Source: Thermoplasmata archaeon (GTDB taxonomy: Archaea; Thermoplasmatota; Thermoplasmata; Lutacidiplasmatales; UBA184). From it: a stretch of 64,000 nucleotides of DNA. The translations under genes were made by a program, and so were the position numbers. The stretch lies in the NCBI GenBank assembly GCA_035504595.1, contig DATJRQ010000018.1, positions 5,204 to 69,203 on the forward strand, read 5' to 3'. A model generated the notes under the pieces. It worked only from the letters and a program-made list of their open reading frames with translations, was not told where the DNA came from and did not search any database. Positions 35,310 to 44,913 of this stretch are shown here, piece by piece; position 1 is the stretch's first letter; the number at the start of each line of letters is the position of its first letter.

Positions 35310-37634
35310 CTACGCGCCCTTCCAGGCGCGTCCCTCCTTCCGGCGAAGGTCGATCCCGCGCAGCACGCGGTCGGGCGTGATGGGAAGCTCGGTGAACCGC
35401 GCCCCGACGGCGTCGTAGAGAGCGTTACCGACCGCCGGCAGCGTCGCGATCAGCGGCCCCTCGCCGGCCTCCTTGGCGCCGAACGGCCCGTCCGGGTCGT
35501 CCTCGCCGACGAGCAGGATTTCCACCTCGGGCATCTGCTCCGGCGTGGGGATCTTGTATTCGAGCAGGGACGGGTTGAACAGCCGTCCGCCGCGGTAGTT
35601 CATCGACTCGCCCATCACCTGGCCCAGGCCCATGTGGATCGACCCTTCGATCTGACCCTCCACCGCGAGCCGATTCAGCGCGCGTCCGCAGTCGAACGCA
35701 GCCCAGATCTTCTCGACGTGGTACTCTCCGGTCTCGACGTCCACGTCGACCTGGGCGACGTACGCGGCGAACGAGTAAGCGGGGGCCGTCCCGGCGCGCG
35801 CCCCCTTGAACGTGCCCCCCTTCGGTTTCGAGTCGTACGCGCCGCTCGCCGTCAGCGCGCCGACCGATTCCATCGCCTTGTGGAGGGCGTGCAGGAAGGA
35901 GACGCCGACCTCCGGCTGGTCCCGGACCTGGAAACGCTCGTGGGCGGTCTCCAGGGTCTCCACGGGCCGCTCCAGCAGTTCCGCCGCTGCCATCAGGAGC
36001 TGCGCGCGCAGCCGCAGCGCCGCCGAGCGCGCCGCGTTCCCCATCATGAACGTCACCCGACTCGAGTAGGAGCCGAGGTCGATCGGGCTCACGTCGGAAT
36101 CGACCCGTTGCACGTGGACCCGTTCGAGGTCCACGCCGAGCACTTCCGCGACGATCGCGGCGAGCAGGGTGTTCGAACCCTGGCCGATGTCCGCCTGCAT
36201 CGAGTGGACGGCGATCCCCCCGTCCATGTCGACCTTCAGGTGAACGGTCGATTGCGGCATCTTCGGCGTGAAATGGATCGGGCTGTTCGACCCCGAAATG
36301 TAGAACCCGCAACCGAGCCCGACGCCCTTTCCAAAGGGGAGCCGGCGGAACTTCGCGTCCCAGCCGCTCTTCTCGCGCGCGGCTTGAAGGCACTTTAGGA
36401 ACGACGTCGAGGTGATCAGGAACTCGTTGACCGTGGTCGTGTTCGGCTCGATCGCGTTCTGCGCCCGGAGGTCGAACGGGTCGCGTCCCATGCGCTCGGC
36501 GAGGATGTCGAGCGCGGTCTCGACGGAGTAGCGGATGTTGGTGCCTCCGTGCGCTCGCATCGCGCCCGACGGTGGACGGTTGGTGTAGACGCGCCGGCCC
36601 TTGTACCGGAAATTCGGTACAAGGTACGGACCCATGGAGAGAACGCCGTTGTAGTACGTGGTGACGGTACCGAACGAGCTCCACGCCCCGCCGTCGATGA
36701 GTGCCTCGATGTCGTACGCCAAGATCCGACCGCTCGCGTCCACGGCGATCCGAACGTCGTTCTGCGTCGGATGTCGTCCGTGGTTCGTGTAGAAAACGTC
36801 CTCCCGGTCGAAGAGGATCTTGACGGGCCGACCGGTCTCGATCGCGAGCGCCGCGCAGACGATCTCGTGGGGGAGCGGGTCGGACTTGCCGCCGAACCCG
36901 CCGCCGACCTCCGGCTTGATGACCCGGATCCGGTGCATGGGGATCCCGAGCACTTCGGACAGGGAACGGTGCAGGTAGTGCGGTACCTGCGTCGCGCTCC
37001 AGACCGTCAGGCGCCCGTCGGGCGTCGCTTCCGCGATCGTCGCCATCGGCTCTGTGAACGCGTGGGTGACGCCGGCGTAGTTGCCGCGCACGCGGACCGT
37101 CTCCGCGGCCCGCGCGAAGGCCCCGTCAACGTCGCCGAAATGCTGGACGACCTCTTTCTGGATGTTCGTGCCGTTGAGACCGCGCGTGTGGATCGGCTCC
37201 TCGACCCGGTTGAGGCCCATCCGCGGGTCGGCGTACTCCGGAAGAATCTCCACGTCGCAGCGGACCAACGCAAGCGCGGCCTCCGCGGTGACCTCGTCCT
37301 GGGCGGCCACGGCGGCGATGATGTCGCCGTTGTACCGCGCCTTGTCCACCGCGATCGCCGTCTCGTCGTGCGTGATCGGAAGCACGCCGAATGCGGTCGG
37401 GTACTTCTCGCCCGTCAGCACAGCGAACACGCCGGGGAGTTCTCGGGCCCGGCTCGTGTCGATGGACTTCAACCGAGCGTGCGGCCAGGGGCTCCTCAGC
37501 AGCCGGGCCACCAGCATCCCGGGCCGCCGGATGTCATCGGTGTACTCCGCGCGGCCCGTCACCTTCAGGGGGCCCTCGACGTACGGGATGCGCCCGCCTA
37601 GGAGCCGGTATTCCGGCGGCGTGCTCGACGCCAT
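35310..37634 (-). CDS. hcrA: Xanthine dehydrogenase-family Mo-MCD subunit, HcrA-like
   Basis: TQVPHY, VGGGFGGK, GAMRAHG, DIGQGS, DLGSYSSRVT, GPFGAKEAGEG. Confidence 0.78.
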   Translation of the reverse strand: MASSTPPEYRLLGGRIPYVEGPLKVTGRAEYTDDIRRPGMLVARLLRSPWPHARLKSIDTSRARELPGVFAVLTGEKYPTAFGVLPITHDETAIAVDKARYNGDIIAAVAAQDEVTAEAALALVRCDVEILPEYADPRMGLNRVEEPIHTRGLNGTNIQKEVVQHFGDVDGAFARAAETVRVRGNYAGVTHAFTEPMATIAEATPDGRLTVWSATQVPHYLHRSLSEVLGIPMHRIRVIKPEVGGGFGGKSDPLPHEIVCAALAIETGRPVKILFDREDVFYTNHGRHPTQNDVRIAVDASGRILAYDIEALIDGGAWSSFGTVTTYYNGVLSMGPYLVPNFRYKGRRVYTNRPPSGAMRAHGGTNIRYSVETALDILAERMGRDPFDLRAQNAIEPNTTTVNEFLITSTSFLKCLQAAREKSGWDAKFRRLPFGKGVGLGCGFYISGSNSPIHFTPKMPQSTVHLKVDMDGGIAVHSMQADIGQGSNTLLAAIVAEVLGVDLERVHVQRVDSDVSPIDLGSYSSRVTFMMGNAARSAALRLRAQLLMAAAELLERPVETLETAHERFQVRDQPEVGVSFLHALHKAMESVGALTASGAYDSKPKGGTFKGARAGTAPAYSFAAYVAQVDVDVETGEYHVEKIWAAFDCGRALNRLAVEGQIEGSIHMGLGQVMGESMNYRGGRLFNPSLLEYKIPTPEQMPEVEILLVGEDDPDGPFGAKEAGEGPLIATLPAVGNALYDAVGARFTELPITPDRVLRGIDLRRKEGRAWKGA

Positions 37635-38107
37635 CAGGCGCTCCCGCGGGCCGCCGCCTCGATCGCTTCGATGATCTTGGTGTAACCGGTACACCGGCAG
37701 AGGTTCCCCGAGATCGCCCGGACGATCTCGTCACGGCTCGGATGCGGATGGTCCCGCAGCAGCGCCGTCGCCGTGAGCACGAACCCCGGGGTGCAGAATC
37801 CGCACTGTGTCGCGCCGGTACGAACGAACTCCGCCTGCACCGGCGAGAGCCCGTGCGCCGGCGAGGCTCCTTCGATCGTGGTCACCTCGCGTCCCTCGAC
37901 CAGCCGGGCAAGCGAGAGGCAGCTCAGGGTCGGTCGACCGTCGAGGAGGACCGTACAGCACCCGCATGTGCCGAGGTCGCATCCGCGTTTCGTCCCGGTG
38001 AGCTCGAGGTCCTCGCGAAGCAGGTCGAGGAGGATGCGCGCGTCCTCGCACGGCGTGTCCACGGGGTGGCCGTTCAGCCGGAACCTAAGGGGGGCCGCGG
38101 ACGACAT
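37634..38107 (-). CDS. hcrC: 2x[2Fe-2S] small subunit, HcrC/CoxS-like
   Basis: GTKRGCDLGTCGCCT and QCGFCTPG...GNLCRCTGY. Confidence 0.8.
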   Translation of the reverse strand: MSSAAPLRFRLNGHPVDTPCEDARILLDLLREDLELTGTKRGCDLGTCGCCTVLLDGRPTLSCLSLARLVEGREVTTIEGASPAHGLSPVQAEFVRTGATQCGFCTPGFVLTATALLRDHPHPSRDEIVRAISGNLCRCTGYTKIIEAIEAAARGSA

Positions 38108-38930
38108 CCTCCTCCGTAACGGCCACCCGCCGGGGGGCCCCGCGACGACTCTCCCGCTTGGGATGCATCTCGTGCACCAATTCGGCCGCGATCGCGACGG
38201 CGATCTCGGGGGGGCTCTCGGCGCCGATCTCGATCCCGACGGGCGAGTTCACGCGACCGAGGGCCGCGCGCGAGACCCCGCGCCCGCGCAACGCGGCGAA
38301 CATATGTTCGCGCTTCGCGGCGCTGGCGATCAGTCCGATCCGATTCGGGAACTCGGCGATCGACCGATCGAGGACCTCGAGGTCCTTCTTCGCGTCGTAT
38401 CCCATCACGAACAGGTGGGTGAACGCGGACGGCTCGAACACCTTCCACAGGTCAGCGGGCGCGACCACTTCACGTCGGTCCGCCGTCGCGAACCGATCGA
38501 CGCCGACCCATTCGGCCCGGTCGTCGGCGACGCTGTAGTCGTACTCGAGGGTCGGCAGGATCGCGGCGAGTGCGTGACTGACGTGACCGCCCCCCCAGAG
38601 GAGGACGTTCGGCCGCGCGGGCACGTATTCCACCGCGATATCGACCGATCCCCCGCACAGGCTCGGGAGGCCCCCGTCCTTCCACGCCTGGAGGTCGAAG
38701 TGGTGGAGGTCGCCGGTCCGGGACCGGAACGCCCGGGCCGAGAGTTCCCGGACCCGCTCCTCGAGCGCCGCGCCGCCGATGGTACCGACGGACGAACCGT
38801 CGGAGCGGACGATCATCGACGCGCCGAGTTTCCCCGGCACCGACCCTGACGTCTTCACGACGGTCGCCCGGACGAACGCCTCGTGTGCCTCCAGGAGGCG
38901 CAACGCTTCCCGGAGCAGCTTGCGGTCCAT
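38085..38930 (-). CDS. xdhC: XdhC/CoxI molybdenum-cofactor chaperone
   Basis: GSVPGKLGA.M, GTIGG, LCGG, GGGHV, SPVG..IGAESPPEIA. Confidence 0.88.
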   Translation of the reverse strand: MDRKLLREALRLLEAHEAFVRATVVKTSGSVPGKLGASMIVRSDGSSVGTIGGAALEERVRELSARAFRSRTGDLHHFDLQAWKDGGLPSLCGGSVDIAVEYVPARPNVLLWGGGHVSHALAAILPTLEYDYSVADDRAEWVGVDRFATADRREVVAPADLWKVFEPSAFTHLFVMGYDAKKDLEVLDRSIAEFPNRIGLIASAAKREHMFAALRGRGVSRAALGRVNSPVGIEIGAESPPEIAVAIAAELVHEMHPKRESRRGAPRRVAVTEEDVVRGPP

Positions 38931-39538
38931 CAGTCCTCCCGACGCGCGAGCCAGGCGTCGTATGAGTTCCGATACTCCTCGGGCGTGTCGATGCCGGCGA
39001 GGACGCCGGGGTCGTCGACCGCGACCCGTCGCACCTGAGGTCCCAATTCGGGCATGAGGGCGCGAATGGGGGCATCGGGCCGGAGCTCGAGGACGTCCGC
39101 TCGGACCCTATCCTTCCACAGGATCGGGTGTCCTCCCTGACCCTGATGCGTCGGCACGAACCACAGCCCGAGCTCGTCCGTCGAGCGCGCGACCTGGAGG
39201 AGCTCAAGGGTGCGCTCCGAAACGAACGGGTGGTCGACCGGCCACAACAGGACGTCCGAGCCGGCGGGCACCGCGCGCAACCCGGACTGGACCGACGCGG
39301 TGCGACCTTCGTACCACTGTTCCGAGTCGACCAGGCGCACGTCCACCTGCCGCAACGCCTCCGCGATCGGCCGGTGGTGGGGGCCGACGACGACGAGCAC
39401 CGGGTCGAACCCCTGCTCGAGGCTCATCTCCGCCATTCGCTGGATCGCCGTGCGCTCCCCCGCGGCGACCAGCGCTTTCGGGTACCCCCCAAACCGCGTG
39501 GAGGCTCCGCCGCTCAGAAGGATCGCCGAGGTGTTCAT
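38930..39538 (-). CDS. mocA: Molybdenum cofactor cytidylyltransferase (MocA-like)
   Basis: ILLSGGASTRFG..KAL, PVDHP, GGHP, IDTPEEY. Confidence 0.78.
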   Translation of the reverse strand: MNTSAILLSGGASTRFGGYPKALVAAGERTAIQRMAEMSLEQGFDPVLVVVGPHHRPIAEALRQVDVRLVDSEQWYEGRTASVQSGLRAVPAGSDVLLWPVDHPFVSERTLELLQVARSTDELGLWFVPTHQGQGGHPILWKDRVRADVLELRPDAPIRALMPELGPQVRRVAVDDPGVLAGIDTPEEYRNSYDAWLARRED

Positions 39539-39707
39539 CGCACCGCACAGGGATGCGTGCGCATCCGTTGCACCTGCCACGCCGGGCCGGTTAGTTAAGC
39601 CACCGCCCTACCGCGCCCCGACCGGGGTGTCGGAGGTGCCGACCCCAACTCCAAAACGCGTCGGACGCCCTCGCGCGGGTCGCCACCGAGGAGCGCGCTG
39701 GCTCGCA

Positions 39708-39715
39708 TTTAAATA
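39708..39715 (+). promoter_or_regulatory. TATA box of the rps19e operon
   Basis: TTTAAATA about 26 nt before the ATG, consistent with a leaderless transcript. Confidence 0.65.
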
Positions 39716-39741
39716 GGTCGGCCGGGTGGGCGCGCCACTCC

Positions 39742-40197
39742 ATGACCCATCCCAACGACGTGCCGCCGTCGGCGTTCCTGCCGCGGCTCGCGAACGAGCT
39801 CCGCACCCGGAACGCCGTGACGCCACCGCCATGGGCGAATTTTGTGAAGACGGGTGTGCACAAGGAGCGCGCTCCGACCCAGACCGACTGGTGGTACCTC
39901 CGAAGCGCTTCGGTGCTTCGCAAAGTGTATCTCCAGGGGAACGTCGGCATCATGCGGCTCAGCGCCGAGTACGGCGGCAAGCGCGACCGGGGCAGTGCTC
40001 CCTATCACGCCCGGAGCGGCTCCCGCTCGATCCTCCGCGAGATCGTCCAGCAACTTGAGAAGTCTGGGCTCGTCCAGACGTACAAGACCAAGGGCCGGCG
40101 GCTCAGTCCGGAGGGCACGAAGCTGCTCGACTCCATCTCGCGCGACGTGCTGAAGTCCCTCGCGGTCGACCGACCCGAACTCGCCAAGTATCTGTGA
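39742..40197 (+). CDS. rps19e: 30S ribosomal protein S19e
   Basis: PPWANFVKTGVHKERAP, DWWYLRSASVLRKVY, IVQQLEKSG. Confidence 0.97.
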   Translation: MTHPNDVPPSAFLPRLANELRTRNAVTPPPWANFVKTGVHKERAPTQTDWWYLRSASVLRKVYLQGNVGIMRLSAEYGGKRDRGSAPYHARSGSRSILREIVQQLEKSGLVQTYKTKGRRLSPEGTKLLDSISRDVLKSLAVDRPELAKYL

Positions 40198-40229
40198 CGC
40201 CGGTACGTGGGGAGACGGAGAGGTGATCG

Positions 40230-40589
40230 ATGGCGCAAGGCGACGACTCCGAGCTGAACGAGCTCCGGCGCCGGCGCCTCCAGCAACTGCAGCAACAGCA
40301 GATGCAGGAGTCCGTCAATCCCCAAGCCTACGCCGCGCAGGAGGCCGAGATGGCGCGCCGCGAGGCGGAGCGCGCCGACGCCCTGCGACGCATCCTGACT
40401 CCCGAGGCTCGCGAACGGCTCGGACGGATCCGGCTCGCGAAGCCCGACGTCGCGGCGTCGGTCGAACAGCAACTGTTGCAGCTCGCCGCGTCCGGACGGC
40501 TTCAGCGCCAGGTCGACGACGCGACGCTCCGCTCGCTCCTCGAGCGTATCATGCCCGAACGGCGCGACATCACGATCACGCGGCGGTGA
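40230..40589 (+). CDS. PDCD5-like DNA-binding protein
   Basis: ELNELRRRRLQQLQ, LRRILTPEARERL, ITITRR; conserved position after S19e. Confidence 0.92.
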   Translation: MAQGDDSELNELRRRRLQQLQQQQMQESVNPQAYAAQEAEMARREAERADALRRILTPEARERLGRIRLAKPDVAASVEQQLLQLAASGRLQRQVDDATLRSLLERIMPERRDITITRR

Positions 40590-40600
40590 GGTAGGTTCCG

Positions 40601-40759
40601 ATGGCGAATCGCCGAAAGAGTCTCGCGCGCAAGGTCCGTCTGTTCCGTGTCGTCAAGGGCAACCGCCGGGTGCCCGCCTGGGTCATGCAGCGGACGAACC
40701 GCCGCGTCACGCGCCATCCGAAGCGCCACACCTGGAAGCGGGGCCACCTGCACAAGTAG
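40601..40759 (+). CDS. rpl39e: 50S ribosomal protein L39e (absent from the ORF track)
   Basis: MANRRKSLARKVRLFRVVKGNRRVPAWVMQRTNRRVTRHPKRHTWKRGHLHK; SD GGTGAGGT upstream. Confidence 0.95.
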   Translation: MANRRKSLARKVRLFRVVKGNRRVPAWVMQRTNRRVTRHPKRHTWKRGHLHK

Positions 40760-40783
40760 TGAGTCCTGATCCCGAGGTTCTCG

Positions 40784-41089
40784 ATGGCTCCCAAGACCAA
40801 GAAAACGACCGAACGCCGCGGCGAAGAGCTCGAGCGCGAGTACGTCATCCCACTCCGCGCGAGCATGCACCAGCCGAGCCGTCGCCGGCGCGCCGGGCAC
40901 GCGCTCGAGACGGTGCGCCGGTTCGTCGTTCGGCACATGAAGGGCCGGAGCGAGGACGTCTGGATCGACCCGCGCCTGAACGAGCACATCTGGGAGCGGG
41001 GCGTCCAGCACATCCCCTCCTACGTCCGCGTGAAGGCGATCCGCTTCGAGGACGGCCTGATCGAAGTCGACCTCCTTGCGGCCGAGTAG
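40784..41089 (+). CDS. rpl31e: 50S ribosomal protein L31e
   Basis: EREYVIPLR, RHMK, IDPRLNEHIWERG. Confidence 0.96.
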   Translation: MAPKTKKTTERRGEELEREYVIPLRASMHQPSRRRRAGHALETVRRFVVRHMKGRSEDVWIDPRLNEHIWERGVQHIPSYVRVKAIRFEDGLIEVDLLAAE

Positions 41090-41112
41090 ACGGCGCGCCG
41101 GGGGCCCATCGC

Positions 41113-41778
41113 GTGCCGGTCGGTCGGACCCTGTTCGGCGGAAGCCCCTATCTCGGGGTGTACTTGCGCGTCGGCGAGACCACCGCCCTCGTCCCCCCGG
41201 GAGCGTACGCTCCCCTCGAGCGAGAGGTCGAGCGGACCCTCGGCGTTCGCATCGTCCGCTCGACGGTCGCGGACAGCGAGGTCGTCGGCGCGCTCCTCGC
41301 GCTCAACTCGAACGGCGTCGTCGTCGGCGACGAGCTCGACCCCGAGGAGGAGAGGGCGCTGTCGGCGTTCGGCCGGGTCTCGGTCGTCCGGCAGCGGCAG
41401 AACGCCATGGGGAACAACATCCTCGCGAACGACCACGGGGCGGTCGTCCATCCGGAGCTGTCGGATTCGGCCGTCGCGGCGATCGCCGAGGCGCTCGCGG
41501 TCCCGGTCCGCCGCAGCACGATCGCCGGGCTCGGCACGGTCGGGATGGCCGGGATCGCGACGAACCGCGGCGTCGTGGTGCACCCGAAGGCGACCGACCG
41601 CGAGGCGCTCGTCCTCGAGGAGGCGCTCGGCGTCCCGGTGCACCGCTCCACCGCCAACTTCGGGGTCCCGATCGTCGGGGCGTGCGTCGTCGCGAACTCC
41701 CACGGCCTGTTGATGGGCCGGCCGACGACCGCTGTGGAAGTTTCCCACCTGCAGGAAGGCCTGCAGCTGTTCGAGTAG
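41113..41778 (+). CDS. eif6: Translation initiation factor aIF6/eIF6
   Basis: SPYLGVY, NSNG, GNNILANDHGAVVHP, TANFG, ANSHG. Confidence 0.95.
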   Translation: MPVGRTLFGGSPYLGVYLRVGETTALVPPGAYAPLEREVERTLGVRIVRSTVADSEVVGALLALNSNGVVVGDELDPEEERALSAFGRVSVVRQRQNAMGNNILANDHGAVVHPELSDSAVAAIAEALAVPVRRSTIAGLGTVGMAGIATNRGVVVHPKATDREALVLEEALGVPVHRSTANFGVPIVGACVVANSHGLLMGRPTTAVEVSHLQEGLQLFE

Positions 41779-41791
41779 ACGCGCGAGCGGC

Positions 41792-42016
41792 CTAGGTTCC
41801 GCGCTTGCGCTTCACGTAGCGGACCGCATAGCCGGCGATCCGGTTCGCGAGCTTCTTGTGCGTCACCTGAAGATGGCCCTCCACGGTCACGCCGAGGTCG
41901 GTGAGCTCGAGGACCTTCTGCTTGTTATGGGCGAAATCTCCGGTGAAGTCGTCCGGGTAGTGCCGGATCAGCTCGATCGCCACCCGCTTGATGTACGTCT
42001 GCCGGATGTTGCCCAT
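41792..42016 (-). CDS. rps17e: 30S ribosomal protein S17e
   Basis: [33 protein letters not shown] about 26 nt upstream. Confidence 0.95.
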   Translation of the reverse strand: MGNIRQTYIKRVAIELIRHYPDDFTGDFAHNKQKVLELTDLGVTVEGHLQVTHKKLANRIAGYAVRYVKRKRGT

Positions 42017-42231
42017 GCGGACGCCGCGGACCCCGGTTCCGTTTATAACCGTTGTCCCGCGCCGACCGGGCTTCGTTCTTCGGCGGTCGGAGGCCCCCGG
42101 TTCCGTCGGAAGCAAGATATACCCTCACCGAGGTAAACATACGTCGTGGGCTTGGTCAGGTTCGATTCGGAGGGTCTGTCGGCCTGACCGGTCGGTGCTC
42201 TACCGACCGTAGCTCGACTTTTGGCGCAACC

Positions 42232-43737
42232 ATGGCTGTGGACTCCGGGACCGCACCCGTCCTCCTGCCGACCCGAGAGCGGAACGTCCTGCTGCTCGAC
42301 CTTTCGAAGAGCATGCTCGCTCCGCTGCCCGACGCCGGTCCGGGGCAGCCGGACCGGCAGAAGATCGAGGTCGCCCGGACGGCCGTGTTCCGGATCCTTC
42401 AGGACGCCGCAACGTCCGGGGCTCTCTTCGGGCTGGTCACGTTCACCGAAACGGTCCGGGTCGCGGTCCCGCTCACCGACATCCACCGGGAGAACCTCCC
42501 GTACATCGAGAACCTGATCTCGCTGCTCACGCCCAGCGGCCGCTCGGCGATCTGGGACGCGCTCGCGGTCGGCTCCGACCTGCTCCGGATGGGCACTCAG
42601 GGGGTGCACGGCAACCTCGTGCTCGTCACGGACGGCTGGGACAACGCCTCGACCCGGTTCGACGTCCAGCTCCCGAACGGACCTCGGATCGCGCAGGGCC
42701 GGATCGACCTGGTGCCGTACATGCTCCCGCCCGGCTCCCACCTCACCCTCAAGGTGATCGGGATCGGCAGCGGCGAGGAGAAGGACAAGGGGGTCGACGC
42801 GGCCCGGATGAACTACCTCATCTCGCAGATGGAGGCCCGGGCGGCGCGCGCGGGGCTCCCCGCGGCGTTCAGCTTCCAGGAGGTCACGACCGGCTCCCAG
42901 CTGTTCGCGCAGATGGTGAACGCGTTTCTCGATGTCGGCTACGAGGACGACCGACCGATCGAGGAGCTCCACCCGGAGGAACTCGCGCGCCACGCGGCGA
43001 ACGCCGCGCGGGCCCTGAAGGAGCCGCAGCAGCACGCGACCGTGTCGCGCATCCACGCTCCGCCCACGCCGAACAACGGCAACGCCGCTTCGTACTCGGA
43101 GGCGCCCGACCTTGAGGTCGATGTGCTGAAGACGACGGGCGGGACCACGCCGGCGTACCTGAAAGAACGGTACGGACCGCTCGGCGAGGTCGTCGAGGCG
43201 TACATGAACGGCCAGCCCGACGCCGCGTTGAAGCTGCTCGCGAAGGCGTCGGCCGTCCTCCCGCCGGTCACCCGGTTGTACTGGGAGGCGCGCATCCAAT
43301 TCTCGAACCACGCCGTCGTCGAGGCCGCGCGCGCACTCCTCCAGGCCTGGACCGAGGCCGAGCGTCTGCCCCCGTCGGTGCAGCCGAAGATCCTGCGTCG
43401 TCTCGCGCTGCTCCAAGCGCGGATGCAGAACGACAAGGAGACCGAGACGCTGGTGCGGTTCATTGACGACACGGAGAACCGGCTCGCCGGCACCGATGCG
43501 AAGACCCGGGAGCGGCTGATGGCCCTGTTCGCGAAGCTCATGGAACTCCGGGGCACCTACCAGCTCACGAAGATCGCCTCGACCGGGGACCTGCAGGACG
43601 CGGCGGCCAAGCACGAGGAGGCGGTCGACCAGGTGTTCGGGCTTCTTCAGGACGCGAGGCTTGATTTATCCGCAAATGGACCGGCCGTGGAAGGGGCGCT
43701 CGATTTCATCGAGATCTGTCTCGCGGAAATGAGGTAG
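42232..43737 (+). CDS. vWA (MIDAS) domain protein with C-terminal TPR-like/helical region
   Basis: LLLDLSKSM (DxSxS), GRSAIWDAL, VLVTDG; AYMNGQPDAALKLL...YWEARI helical repeats. Confidence 0.82.
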   Translation: MAVDSGTAPVLLPTRERNVLLLDLSKSMLAPLPDAGPGQPDRQKIEVARTAVFRILQDAATSGALFGLVTFTETVRVAVPLTDIHRENLPYIENLISLLTPSGRSAIWDALAVGSDLLRMGTQGVHGNLVLVTDGWDNASTRFDVQLPNGPRIAQGRIDLVPYMLPPGSHLTLKVIGIGSGEEKDKGVDAARMNYLISQMEARAARAGLPAAFSFQEVTTGSQLFAQMVNAFLDVGYEDDRPIEELHPEELARHAANAARALKEPQQHATVSRIHAPPTPNNGNAASYSEAPDLEVDVLKTTGGTTPAYLKERYGPLGEVVEAYMNGQPDAALKLLAKASAVLPPVTRLYWEARIQFSNHAVVEAARALLQAWTEAERLPPSVQPKILRRLALLQARMQNDKETETLVRFIDDTENRLAGTDAKTRERLMALFAKLMELRGTYQLTKIASTGDLQDAAAKHEEAVDQVFGLLQDARLDLSANGPAVEGALDFIEICLAEMR

Positions 43738-43746
43738 TTCGACACG

Positions 43747-44913
43747 ATGCCGGCGGTCAAGGTCACCACGAAGACCCGCCGTGCGCCCGGTTCCAAACCG
43801 AAGCCGAAGGCGGCCGCGGTCGACACCGCCCGCATCGCCGTGATCGGGATCCCCGCTTCGGGAAAGACGACGTACTTCCGATTCCTCTCGGGCCACTTCG
43901 GGCTGAATCTGCCGATCCTGTACATCCCCGCGCGAGCGGACGGGGGCCAGATGCCGCTCTACGGGGACCTCGAGAACGACGTCGCGCTGGAGGAGACGAC
44001 GTACGAGACGACCGACCCGACCGACCCGGAAGGGAGCCTCGAGACGACGACGCGGTACTACGTCAACCGTCCGATGGAGGACCGGCGCAAGCTGTGGGTC
44101 GAGCTGTCCGCCGGCCGCGACGAGCAGGGGGTCCTCACGAAGTACCCGCTCCCGACGAAGTTCAACCAGTTCGTCGAGATGAAGCTCCGCTTCCGCTACG
44201 GCGCGGCGTCCGGCGGCGAATCCCGGCCGCTCGAGCTTAACACGATCGACGAGGCCGGCGGTATCATCGCCGACTACTTCACCTACGACCGGCTCTGGGT
44301 CGAGTCGGCGGACGACGAGGTATCCGAGAAGAACTGCCGGGTCATTCCCCACTTCGACTCCTGGCGGGCGGACCGACGGGACCTCTGGCGGCACGGGCTC
44401 ACCTTGCTCGGTCGGTTCGTCCACGGAGCCGACGCGATCATTCTGCTCCTCTCGCCCGCGCTGCCGTCCCTCCGCGACCAGGCCCAGCAGGTCAACCTCG
44501 CGCGCGGAGTGTTCAGGTATGCGAAGTCCCACAACATCCCCCTCGTCATCGCGATCTCGAAAGCGGACAAGCTCAAGGAGTTCTACGGCGAGGTCGAGCA
44601 GTCGGTCCGGGACCGCACGTTCCGCAGCGCGTTCGACCCGGTCGACTTCCTCCTGCGTCGCGACGGCGCCGGTATGGGGACCATCCTCGTCGCCCAGGAG
44701 GGCCAGGGTCTGTCGGTGAAGGACGACGTCTTCCTTGTGTCGAGCGCGGTCTCGACCGGGGAAGGACATCCGCTGTTCATCGGCGAGGGGGGCCAGGAGG
44801 CTCCGAGTGCCGGCACCCAGACGATGGGGGTCCCCGTGATGGTGAACACGACGCTGCCGCTCGCGCGGGCCTGCGAGCGGATCCTTGAGCGTCGCGCGTC
44901 GAAAGGTGGGTGA
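43747..44913 (+). CDS. TRAFAC-class GTPase with large insertions (DO-GTPase-like)
   Basis: G1 GIPASGKTT, putative G2 PLPT, G3 DEAG, ADAIILLLSP strand, G4 SKAD, G5 SSAV. Confidence 0.78.
   Translation: MPAVKVTTKTRRAPGSKPKPKAAAVDTARIAVIGIPASGKTTYFRFLSGHFGLNLPILYIPARADGGQMPLYGDLENDVALEETTYETTDPTDPEGSLETTTRYYVNRPMEDRRKLWVELSAGRDEQGVLTKYPLPTKFNQFVEMKLRFRYGAASGGESRPLELNTIDEAGGIIADYFTYDRLWVESADDEVSEKNCRVIPHFDSWRADRRDLWRHGLTLLGRFVHGADAIILLLSPALPSLRDQAQQVNLARGVFRYAKSHNIPLVIAISKADKLKEFYGEVEQSVRDRTFRSAFDPVDFLLRRDGAGMGTILVAQEGQGLSVKDDVFLVSSAVSTGEGHPLFIGEGGQEAPSAGTQTMGVPVMVNTTLPLARACERILERRASKGG

Noticed and set aside
35310..37634. Aerobic CO dehydrogenase large subunit (CoxL)
   Set aside because: Lacks AYxCSFR or AYxGAGR (has AMRAHG) and the partner FAD subunit has the Hcr-type Fe-S insertion
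39590..39705. GC-rich hairpins in the mocA-rps19e intergenic region as a possible ncRNA
   Set aside because: No C/D, H/ACA, SRP, RNase P or 5S signature recognised; short stems are expected at this GC content
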